Assembly: GCA_020351835.1 (NCBI GenBank)
Contig: CP070669.1
Span: 1,872,673 to 1,936,672 of the forward strand
DNA from: Nitrospirota bacterium
Lineage (GTDB): Bacteria > Nitrospirota > Thermodesulfovibrionia > Thermodesulfovibrionales > BMS3Bbin05
Length of the DNA: 64,000 nucleotides
Direction of reading: 5' to 3'
Each line of letters starts with the position of its first letter. Position 1 is the first letter of the stretch. A program made the position numbers and the translations under genes. Below the pieces are notes generated by a model. The model was given only the letters and a program-made list of their open reading frames with translations. It did no database searches and was not told the DNA's origin. Below are positions 29,029-36,781 of the stretch, piece after piece.

Positions 29029-29463
29029 CTATCTCTTCGAATGGCATGTCTCAACGCATCCCTTCGGGTCATGGCCGAGGTTTCCGAGGCCCTGATGGCA
29101 CTCAAAGCATGTGCGGTGCAGTGCGACCTTAAGCCCAGGCCGACCCGGATCGTTCTTGTCGTATTCACCATGACAGTTCTCGCATGCCATAAATGCGTTC
29201 GCAACCGACCTTCTGTAGTCCTGGGCCGTTATAGAGTGGCACTGCCCGCATGCATGCACATCGCTCACGGGATGCTCATGATGACACTGCACACAGCTTT
29301 CCGCTATGCTCGAGTGCATATCATGATCGAATGTTACCGCGCTATATTGATCGACCATACTGTCAAGGACAACAGAGGAAGGGCTATTTATCTCTGCATA
29401 GCTTAAAGTCACGAAAATGCAGGATAGCAATGTTATAAGAAGAACAGCTCCCTTTTTTTTCAT
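29029..29463 (-). CDS. Small periplasmic multihaem cytochrome c (4 CxxCH plus a terminal CxxxCH)
   Basis: Signal peptide MKKKGAVLLITLLSCIFVTLSYA. Motifs CVQCH, CGQCH, CENCH, CFECH and C-terminal CVETCH, which I verified codon by codon. Start at ATG 29463 (AGGAGGG upstream). Confidence 0.8.
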   Translation of the reverse strand: MKKKGAVLLITLLSCIFVTLSYAEINSPSSVVLDSMVDQYSAVTFDHDMHSSIAESCVQCHHEHPVSDVHACGQCHSITAQDYRRSVANAFMACENCHGEYDKNDPGRPGLKVALHRTCFECHQGLGNLGHDPKGCVETCHSKR

Positions 29464-29488
29464 TTTTGAGTCCCTCCTGTTCTGAATA

Positions 29489-29917
29489 TTACTCTTCACT
29501 GTCTTCCAGGTTCTGACTCTCTTCAGAGCCTTTCTTCTTCTTGCCTGCCAGGTAGGCTTCGGTTGGTCTCCATTCGAAGGACGAACCTAGCCCTACCAGG
29601 TTAAGAGCGCCGCCTATCGCCTTTGTGATCAGGGACCATATCCCCATTGACAGCGCGAACAGGAATGCGAACGGAAGAGCAACGACATAAGCTATCCCTA
29701 TAAAAGGGGCAGCTATCAATCTTCCGGTCTTTTTCATAACACCGGACCTTCCCTCATCCTTAAGGTACGCGACATCATCATTCAATGTTGTTCGCATCTC
29801 GCCAAAAGGCTTCTTCTTCAATACCTCCCACATAACTATGAAAAGAATGATACTTGATACAGCTATCAAGTATTCAATACCTTTTACGTGGGTAATGAAA
29901 TCAAAAAGTGTTTTCAT
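29489..29917 (-). CDS. Small membrane protein, paralogue A (C-terminal FEWRPTEAYLAGKKKK motif)
   Basis: 142 aa with two hydrophobic segments, the conserved motif, then an acidic tail. Good RBS (AAGGAGGTG). Family not recognised. Confidence 0.6.
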   Translation of the reverse strand: MKTLFDFITHVKGIEYLIAVSSIILFIVMWEVLKKKPFGEMRTTLNDDVAYLKDEGRSGVMKKTGRLIAAPFIGIAYVVALPFAFLFALSMGIWSLITKAIGGALNLVGLGSSFEWRPTEAYLAGKKKKGSEESQNLEDSEE

Positions 29918-29966
29918 GTTACACCTCCTTTTATGTTCTTATTAATTCATTTTTTCATTACGTTTA

Positions 29967-30347
29967 CTACTTACTGTCATTTTCCTTTGCTTTCTCTTCC
30001 TTATCAGCTTTTTCCTTTTTCTTCTTTCCTCCAAGATAGGCTTCAGTAGGTCTCCATTCGAAATAGACCATCTTGCTTCCCAGGTTAACCACACTGTTCA
30101 CCGCCTTTACCACAAGAACGGTCAGGAATGTACCGATCGCAATTAGTGGGAACACGATGAAGAAAGCCAAACCTATGAACGGGCCAAGCGCTACGACCAG
30201 TCCGGTAGGCATTCTGAGATAAGTGATACCATCATCTCCAGGAAGCACTCCGTCCTTTTCAATGTCTATCCTTCGACTTTCCGAAAGGTTCCAATAGGTC
30301 CCTTTCCCTACCTTATGTCCTCCCTTGTGCTTTAACATTTCTTTCAC
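29967..30347 (-). CDS. Small membrane protein, paralogue B (C-terminal FEWRPTEAYLGGKKKK motif)
   Basis: 126 aa with one long hydrophobic segment, the conserved motif, then a K/E-rich tail. RBS AAGGAGGTG. Family not recognised. Confidence 0.6.
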   Translation of the reverse strand: MKEMLKHKGGHKVGKGTYWNLSESRRIDIEKDGVLPGDDGITYLRMPTGLVVALGPFIGLAFFIVFPLIAIGTFLTVLVVKAVNSVVNLGSKMVYFEWRPTEAYLGGKKKKEKADKEEKAKENDSK

Positions 30348-30504
30348 CTCCTTTCTTTAGTCCTTGACTAAAGCTTACCAGTGATTCATGGAGGCAACAA
30401 TTGGAAGAACTTCCTAGTTTCGGGGTTTTTTTATCGTAGTTAAGTGGATTTCTTTGCTAAATTAAGGCAAGTTACGTATGGGACCGGCTAAAAAGCAAAG
30501 CGGT

Positions 30505-31032
30505 CTATCTGGGCCTTATGCTCTCGGCCAGCCTGATAGCATCGAACGGCCCGGACCTCATCTCTATCTTAATAAATGCACCATCCTCTTCCCATGAAAT
30601 GCGACTGCATTGGTCCCCGTCGCTGCATTTCCCAACTTCGAGCAAGGCTTTCCTTCCGACGAGATCATGTTCTGCACGCTGCGTTACCTCTTTGAACCCG
30701 AATGCCCGATACCTTATGAAGTCTCTTGTTTCGGACTGATGTACTGATAGCATGTTACCGCCTGATACCGAGTCCCGATATAGCATAAATATCGCCTTGA
30801 AAGGCCTTTTTTGAGCCATTATAGTTGACGGCGGCCACTTGATGCCTGCCGGCAAATATGCGGGGACATAAACCTTGATCCCTAGCTCCCTCCTGATCCC
30901 TTCGACGTCCTCATATTCCCTTAGCGTATCCCTCTGTATAAGCTCTGGCAGGTAGTTGATGGCCTTGAGTGTTATGGCCACTGCCAGAACCAGAAGAACA
31001 TACAGCACTATCCTCTTAAGACCTTTTTTCAC
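30505..31032 (-). CDS. N-terminally anchored hypothetical protein (possibly DUF4367-like)
   Basis: 175 aa with an N-terminal TM helix. VYVPAYLPAGIKWP resembles the xLPxGy motif of DUF4367 / anti-sigma C-terminal domains. This assignment is weak. Confidence 0.45.
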   Translation of the reverse strand: MKKGLKRIVLYVLLVLAVAITLKAINYLPELIQRDTLREYEDVEGIRRELGIKVYVPAYLPAGIKWPPSTIMAQKRPFKAIFMLYRDSVSGGNMLSVHQSETRDFIRYRAFGFKEVTQRAEHDLVGRKALLEVGKCSDGDQCSRISWEEDGAFIKIEMRSGPFDAIRLAESIRPR

Positions 31033-31047
31033 CCTTATCCCTCTTAG

Positions 31048-32040
31048 CTATACAACATAATAGTTGATCACGCCTATAACCATCAATGTTATTACAAGTT
31101 TGACCCAGTAGTCCCATCTGTCCGGCTCTATCTTTCTGTTATCAAGCCTGTTGATCCTCTCATTAAGATGTAAGGTGTGGCTATACTCTATTGCAGATTC
31201 CTTGACACGGGAAACCCCAAACGAGGCCTCTTTGTTATAGGCCTCTTTATTGAACTGCTCCCTAAGTATCTGTGCCAGGGGAACATGGTCTCCTGTCATC
31301 GAAACTGCCATATCATCACATATCTTTTCTTCTTCCTGAACTATTTTCCTGAATATAAATAATATGACAGGATTGTAGAACATGATGGCCCTCAGAACGA
31401 ACATTAAGATCATCATGGGTCTTTTACTTCTATCAATATGGGCCAGTTCATGAGCTATAGCAGCCCTGATCTGATCATCATTATGTGCCCTGATACTGCC
31501 GGTGGAAAGGTAGATGGCAGGATCCCTTCCTGTAGATGATTATATACAGGGCTCGTCATCATCGAACGTATAAAGGATTATACCCCTGGTACCGGTGTTC
31601 TCCGCATCGGCTTTAAAATATCTGGAAAGACTTATTTCCTTCAGATCATTATCGTTAGATCCGGATGTCCTGAGGTGTCTTATTATTGGAATAAGTTCCT
31701 GAACTGCAAAGATCCCCGTAAAGAATATCAACATTGCACCAAAAAGAGCGTATACAGGAACTATACCGAAAGCTTCCATCATTAGCCACCTATGGGAATC
31801 GAACAATGCATTTATTCTGAAACTGGCAGTCCCTCTTACAGGATCTAGCACCTGATACAGAGGATAAGAGATGATCGGCACAGCCATTAATATATTGAGG
31901 TATCTCTGTCTGCTCAGAGGTCCTTCCACTGACCATATCCTTAGAGACCTCCTAATAATTATGGCAGCAATTAATGAGTGGAATACTGACTGGGTGACAA
32001 ACATTCCCAGCTGTGAATAAAAGATACCGGATAAGTTCAT
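31048..32040 (-). pseudogene. M56 (BlaR1-like) membrane metallopeptidase interrupted by an in-frame TAA
   Basis: ORFs 31540..32040 and 31048..31416 are in the same frame. Reading through TAA 31542..31540 gives ...DDDEPCI*SSTGRDPAIYLSTGSIRAHNDDQIRAAIAHELAHIDRSKRPMMILMF... The HExxH motif (HELAH, 31438..31452) lies in the stretch that has no start codon of its own. Confidence 0.65.
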
Positions 32041-32230
32041 ATTGATAACTTTATAGCCTTTTATAAAAAAAGTCTAATCATTTAAAAGGGATCAGTAGCG
32101 GTCAGTAATATGCATCATTCATTAAGTTACTCCCGTTCCTTGCAAATATCTACGGAATCCTTTATAACTTAATAAATGGTCGATGACAGTACCAGATTAT
32201 CTATTGAATTCAATGAATTGAAGGACCACA

Positions 32231-32911
32231 ATGGCAAACACCGTTAAACCTTTTCAGTTCAGACAGTGTATCAATATTCCGAAGTCAACGGGCTATAAGG
32301 CCAACAGCCTTAAGCAACTAAGAGACCTGATCAACCTCGTCAGTGATGAATCTATTTATCATCATACCTACCAGTATTTTCTTAAGGGCAACCTGCTGGA
32401 ATACACAAGCGATTTTGCCCAATGGGTCGGTGAGAGCCTGGAGGACAGAGCCTTATCTGAACAGCTATCGAACATAGATCCGTATGAATACGGCAATATA
32501 TCAGCCCTGAGGAAAGTACTTATTAACGTTATCGATTCATATCTTAAGAACTTTCCCGAGCCCCGTGATGCATTGCCGGGAAGCGAATTCTACTTCCTCG
32601 ATACATCTGCCATCATTTTTAATTCAGGGGTCGCTGCCCGCAACCTGGCAGAGTTCCTGATCGCTATTCAGCACGTTGATCCGGCATCGATCTATTTCCA
32701 TTTTTTTGAAGCAAGGTCAAGACTGGGACAGAGCGTTGATGATTTCTCCAAGTGGGTAGAAGAGGTTTTGGGAAAAGATGATCTGGCAGAAAAAATAAGG
32801 GCAATAGATCTGTTCATGCATAACATTGACGGTATCCGTGAGCATCTTGAGGAGTTAATAACCGAAGAGGTCAAGAAAGATATGGACTCAATAGGACAGG
32901 CAGAACAGTGA
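32231..32911 (+). CDS. Hypothetical protein with internal duplication, translationally coupled to the TreT-like gene
   Basis: 226 aa. Two homologous halves (see finding). GTGA overlap with the next gene. Possibly the DUF5752 family, from memory and unverified. Confidence 0.6.
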   Translation: MANTVKPFQFRQCINIPKSTGYKANSLKQLRDLINLVSDESIYHHTYQYFLKGNLLEYTSDFAQWVGESLEDRALSEQLSNIDPYEYGNISALRKVLINVIDSYLKNFPEPRDALPGSEFYFLDTSAIIFNSGVAARNLAEFLIAIQHVDPASIYFHFFEARSRLGQSVDDFSKWVEEVLGKDDLAEKIRAIDLFMHNIDGIREHLEELITEEVKKDMDSIGQAEQ

Positions 32912-34119
32912 TAGACAGATATCAGAACATAGCCCCTAAAGGCGATCTCATTCTTTTGAACAAGCTCGGAGAACATTTCCGGGACAGGTCATTTCTTCAC
33001 ATTAACTCCACGAAAGAAGGCGGCGGTGTAGCCGAGATCCTCCAGAGGATGATCCCTCTAATGGCAGATATCGGGATAGATGCCAGATGGGATGTCATAA
33101 ATGGTGATGATAAGTTCTTTGATATAACAAAGCGGATACATAATGCCATTCAGGGGAACCCCCAGAAGTTCACAAAGTCAATGTGGGATTACCACTTTGA
33201 TGTAAACAAGAGAAACCTATCCGACCTCGCCCTTGAAGCAGATGCATACCTCATACATGACCCACAGCCGCTGCCTCTGATCGAGTTCCGGGAGAACGGG
33301 ACATGGATATGGAGATGTCATATTGACGCTTCAAACCCTTATGGAGATGTTTGTGATCAGCTGATCAGGTATTGCAAGAAATACGACTCGGCGATCTTTT
33401 CCATGCCGAGCTTTGCACGTGCCATGGGCATAAGCGAGTTCATTATTCCGCCTTCCATTGATCCTCTAAGTGAAAAGAACAGGGAACTGTCAGCTGATGA
33501 GATCCAGGGAACTATGGACAAGTTCAACCTCGATCCTGAAAGACCTATGATATTACAGGTATCACGTTTTGACCGATTCAAAGATCCTATAGGTGTTATT
33601 CAGGCATACAGGCTAGTAAAAAAATATAATGACTGTGTACTGGTCCTTGCAGGCAGTCCGGCATCCGACGATCCGGAAGGAGCAGAGGTCCTCAATGAGG
33701 TAAAAGAGTTCGCATCTGACGATCCGGATATACATATTCTTCTGCTTCCTCCTTTCAGTGACAAGGACATCAATGCGCTACAGCGGGCGGCAACTATAGT
33801 AATGCAGAAATCCCTGAAAGAAGGTTTTGGTCTCACGGTATCCGAAGCTATGTGGAAGGGGAAGCCTGTCATAGGCGGGGCAACCGGAGGCATACCTCTT
33901 CAGATAGTTCACAGGTATACAGGATTTCTGGTAAGAACCGCTGAAGGAGCTGCTTTCAGGATACGCCAGTTCCTTAATAACCCTGTCATGATCGAACGTA
34001 TGGGAGAGCAGGGAAGAGAGTATGTTCGCAACAATTTTCTCCTGACCAGGCAGACAAGGGATTATCTTTCTGTGTGGTATACCATTGAGAACGGTGACAG
34101 GCCCATGTTCAACATATGA
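32908..34119 (+). CDS. GT4 glycosyltransferase, trehalose synthase TreT-like
   Basis: 403 aa. HINSTKEGGGVAEILQRMIPLMADIGIDARWDVINGDDKFFDITKRIHNAIQG closely follows the TreT N-terminal pattern (NST..GGGVAEIL...G....W.VI.G...FF..TK..HN.LQG). A GT-B C-terminal E-x7-E region is present (KEGFGLTVSEAMWKGKPV). Confidence 0.7.
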   Translation: MIDRYQNIAPKGDLILLNKLGEHFRDRSFLHINSTKEGGGVAEILQRMIPLMADIGIDARWDVINGDDKFFDITKRIHNAIQGNPQKFTKSMWDYHFDVNKRNLSDLALEADAYLIHDPQPLPLIEFRENGTWIWRCHIDASNPYGDVCDQLIRYCKKYDSAIFSMPSFARAMGISEFIIPPSIDPLSEKNRELSADEIQGTMDKFNLDPERPMILQVSRFDRFKDPIGVIQAYRLVKKYNDCVLVLAGSPASDDPEGAEVLNEVKEFASDDPDIHILLLPPFSDKDINALQRAATIVMQKSLKEGFGLTVSEAMWKGKPVIGGATGGIPLQIVHRYTGFLVRTAEGAAFRIRQFLNNPVMIERMGEQGREYVRNNFLLTRQTRDYLSVWYTIENGDRPMFNI

Positions 34120-36341
34120 CAGAGGCTCAGCTTAACGCATTCATTGAGGAGAACTTCTCCGAAAGAAACCTTGTAATAATCTCCAACCGGGAGCCCTATG
34201 TTCACAAAAAAACATTAGCTGGTATCAAAACTGAAAGTCCTGCAGGTGGATTGACATCTGCAATGGACAATGTCCTTAAGGCTGTTGGGGGGACCTGGAT
34301 AGCATGGGGAAGCGGAAGTGCCGATAGAGATACAGTTGATGAAAATGATAGAGTATCTGTCCCCGAAGGAGATAATGCTTATATTTTAAAAAGGGTATGG
34401 CTGAACAAGGGACTTGTCGACAATTATTACCATGGTTATTCCAACCAGGTGCTGTGGCCTCTTTGCCACACCGCACTTAACAGGATATATTTTAGGCGCA
34501 GATACTGGGAAGGATATGTAAGAGCTAATTTTCTTTTCGCGGAAGCGGCACTTGAAGAAGCCCACGAAAACTCTGTGATCTGGATCCATGATTATCATCT
34601 ATGCATAGCTCCTAAGCTTATAAAGGAAAAGCGCCCGGATCTCACAACTATTCACTTCTGGCACATACCATGGCCTGACTGGAGCGTTTTTAGGGCATGC
34701 CCAAGGCACTCCCAGGTACTGGAAGGCCTTCTCGGCAATGATATAATAGGTTTCCAGCTCCCTATATTTGCTGCTAATTTCATGGATTGCATTGAGAACA
34801 GCATCGACGCCACTATCGACCAAGATAACCTGACCATTACTTATAGGGGACACACCACAAGGTTAAAGGCATTTCCGATAAGCATAGACTTCAAGAACTT
34901 TGAAACGATGAGCAGCTCAAAGAGAACAGAGAGAGCGATGATAAATCTGAAAAGGAAGCTGCATCTTCCTCCAATGATCGGAATAGGTGTAGACCGCCTT
35001 GAGTACACCAAGGGGCTGATGATGAGGCTTCAGGCACTTAATCTCTTCTTTGAGAAATATGACAGTTTCAGAGGCATATTCTCTTTTGTTCAGTTAGCTG
35101 TTCCAACAAGGCTGAAAGAGCCTTATCTTAGTTATAAGAAGGGGGTTGAGGCCATGGCATCCGGAATAAATTCCCGATACGGAACACCGGACTGGCAACC
35201 TATCATTTATCTGGACAATAAAGTTGACCATAAAGACCTTGTTGCATACTACAGGATGGCTGATATAGGGATCATAAGCTCAATATACGACGGAATGAAC
35301 CTTGTAGCGAAGGAATTTGCCGCCTCTCAGGTCGATGAGAAAGGAACTCTCATTCTTAGTGAGATGGCCGGTGCTGCCGAAGAGCTTGACGGCGCTATTC
35401 TTGTGAACCCATACGATACGGAGAACTTTGCGGATAGCATTAATATTGTCTTAAAGATGTCTGAAGATGAACGAAAGAACAGGATGAGAGTGCTCAGAAA
35501 GCAGATCATTGATAACGATATTTATAAATGGATCCTGGATATATTATCCGAAGTGGCCTCGGTCTCGTCGGTAATGTTGAAGGAGTGCAAGGACTTTTTC
35601 GATAGCAGCGCTCAGCTGAGGAAGGAGCTTTCATCAAAGGAACTGTTCCTTTTCCTTGACTACGACGGCACTCTTGCACCGATAGCGGAGACACCTGAGA
35701 CAGCAGTCATTAATGATGCCACCAGGGAGATCATTAATATGCTAAAGGGCAAGTACAAGGTCGCCATAATTTCGGGCAGACAGTTAGAAGATATAATGAA
35801 CATGGTCCAGATAAATGACATATACTATGCGGGGAACCATGGTTCTGAGATATGGAGCGGAGACGAGATGTTCCTGAGCCAGGACTTTACTGACGTGAGG
35901 TCCAGATTGAAGGATATCCTCAAAAGACTGGAGAATGAGCTTACCCACATTCCCGGAGTGTTGATAGAGGATAAGGGCATTACAGCAAGCGTACATTACA
36001 GGAAGGTGTGGACGAAGGACCACGGAGAGCTTTTCTCCATATTTAACAATGTTACCAAGGGATGTGAGGACATTTTCAGGATAACCTCCGGCAAGAAGGT
36101 ATTTGAGATAAGACCTGTAAAGGCATGGAACAAAGGTGACGCGGTCAGATGGATCATGAAGAACTATGGAGAAGGGACGCTCCCTGTTTACATAGGAGAC
36201 GATACAACTGATGAAGACGCGTTCAAGGAGATTGGAGACGGAGGGGTATCAGTAAGTGTGGGAGGGAATCCAGAATCAGAGTACTTTGTAAGCACTCAGG
36301 CCGAAGTTATAGACTTTTTAAAGTTCTTCCTCGACCTCTGA
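34116..36341 (+). CDS. Fused trehalose-6-phosphate synthase (GT20, OtsA) / trehalose-6-phosphate phosphatase (HAD, OtsB)
   Basis: 741 aa. The N-terminal ~480 aa is GT20 (VISNREP..., WIHDYHL, GVDRLEYTKG, DGMNLVAKE). The C-terminal HAD domain from about 35628 has FLDYDGTLAPI and YIGDDTTDEDAF. Confidence 0.85.
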   Translation: MTEAQLNAFIEENFSERNLVIISNREPYVHKKTLAGIKTESPAGGLTSAMDNVLKAVGGTWIAWGSGSADRDTVDENDRVSVPEGDNAYILKRVWLNKGLVDNYYHGYSNQVLWPLCHTALNRIYFRRRYWEGYVRANFLFAEAALEEAHENSVIWIHDYHLCIAPKLIKEKRPDLTTIHFWHIPWPDWSVFRACPRHSQVLEGLLGNDIIGFQLPIFAANFMDCIENSIDATIDQDNLTITYRGHTTRLKAFPISIDFKNFETMSSSKRTERAMINLKRKLHLPPMIGIGVDRLEYTKGLMMRLQALNLFFEKYDSFRGIFSFVQLAVPTRLKEPYLSYKKGVEAMASGINSRYGTPDWQPIIYLDNKVDHKDLVAYYRMADIGIISSIYDGMNLVAKEFAASQVDEKGTLILSEMAGAAEELDGAILVNPYDTENFADSINIVLKMSEDERKNRMRVLRKQIIDNDIYKWILDILSEVASVSSVMLKECKDFFDSSAQLRKELSSKELFLFLDYDGTLAPIAETPETAVINDATREIINMLKGKYKVAIISGRQLEDIMNMVQINDIYYAGNHGSEIWSGDEMFLSQDFTDVRSRLKDILKRLENELTHIPGVLIEDKGITASVHYRKVWTKDHGELFSIFNNVTKGCEDIFRITSGKKVFEIRPVKAWNKGDAVRWIMKNYGEGTLPVYIGDDTTDEDAFKEIGDGGVSVSVGGNPESEYFVSTQAEVIDFLKFFLDL

Positions 36342-36425
36342 GCAGGTGTTCAATTTTGATTATTTTTTTGTTATACTTATTTATCGGCATTAAGCCGGTG
36401 GATCCCTAAGAAAGGGGGTGGCCTC

Positions 36426-36488
36426 ATGGTCATCAGAAAAGTATCAAAGAAAGCAGCTACGACCTGTAAGTGCAAAGGTTCCTGCTAA
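36426..36488 (+). CDS. Candidate 20-aa Cys-rich small ORF (MVIRKVSKKAATTCKCKGSC)
   Basis: ATG preceded by GGGGGTGG. Upstream TTCAAT(36349..36354)-N17-TATACT(36372..36377). A terminator lies 19 nt downstream. No homology recognised, so this is speculative. Confidence 0.3.
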   Translation: MVIRKVSKKAATTCKCKGSC

Positions 36489-36506
36489 CATCATATTAAT
36501 GCTTAA

Positions 36507-36544
36507 AGAGGAGGACCGTCTTCACAGAATGGCCTCCTCTTTTT
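36507..36544 (+). terminator. Rho-independent terminator
   Basis: AGAGGAGG(A)CC - 13-nt loop - GGCCTCCTCT followed by TTTT. It could serve the sORF unit and/or the otsAB operon. Confidence 0.7.
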
Positions 36545-36609
36545 ACGTTCATCACGTATCCCGAAGTTTGACTTTAACCTGAAATTATGTTTTTAATTAT
36601 ATCTGTCGA

Positions 36610-36684
36610 GCGGGCGTAACTCAGTGGTAGAGTTTCAGCTTCCCAAGCTGAGGGTCGCGGGTTCGAATCCCGTCGCCCGCTCCA
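36610..36684 (+). tRNA. tRNA-Gly (anticodon CCC), CCA encoded
   Basis: Hand-folded 75 nt: acceptor GCGGGCG/CGCCCGC, D arm ACTC-AGTGGTA-GAGT, anticodon arm TCAGC-TTCCCAA-GCTGA, T arm GCGGG-TTCGAAT-CCCGT, then T plus CCA. Confidence 0.9.
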
Positions 36685-36781
36685 TATTATAATTCTTATT
36701 CATATACCGGCTTCATCGTTCTTTATTCGCCAAGTTACAATCTGATAACATAACACCATTAGGATCATTTTCAATTAAAAA

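Noticed and set aside
30348-30504. Sigma-54 (TGGCAC-N5-TTGCA) promoter upstream of the small-protein/cytochrome operon, by analogy with Geobacter cbc regulation
   Set aside because: No GG-N10-GC arrangement with acceptable flanks was found on the minus strand. Only weak sigma70-like candidates exist, so no promoter is called.
36610-36684. tRNA-Gly (and tRNA-Gln at 8767..8841) as integration sites for a genomic island
   Set aside because: There is no integrase, no direct repeat of the tRNA 3' end that I could spot downstream, and the flanking genes are housekeeping, LPS or carbohydrate genes.
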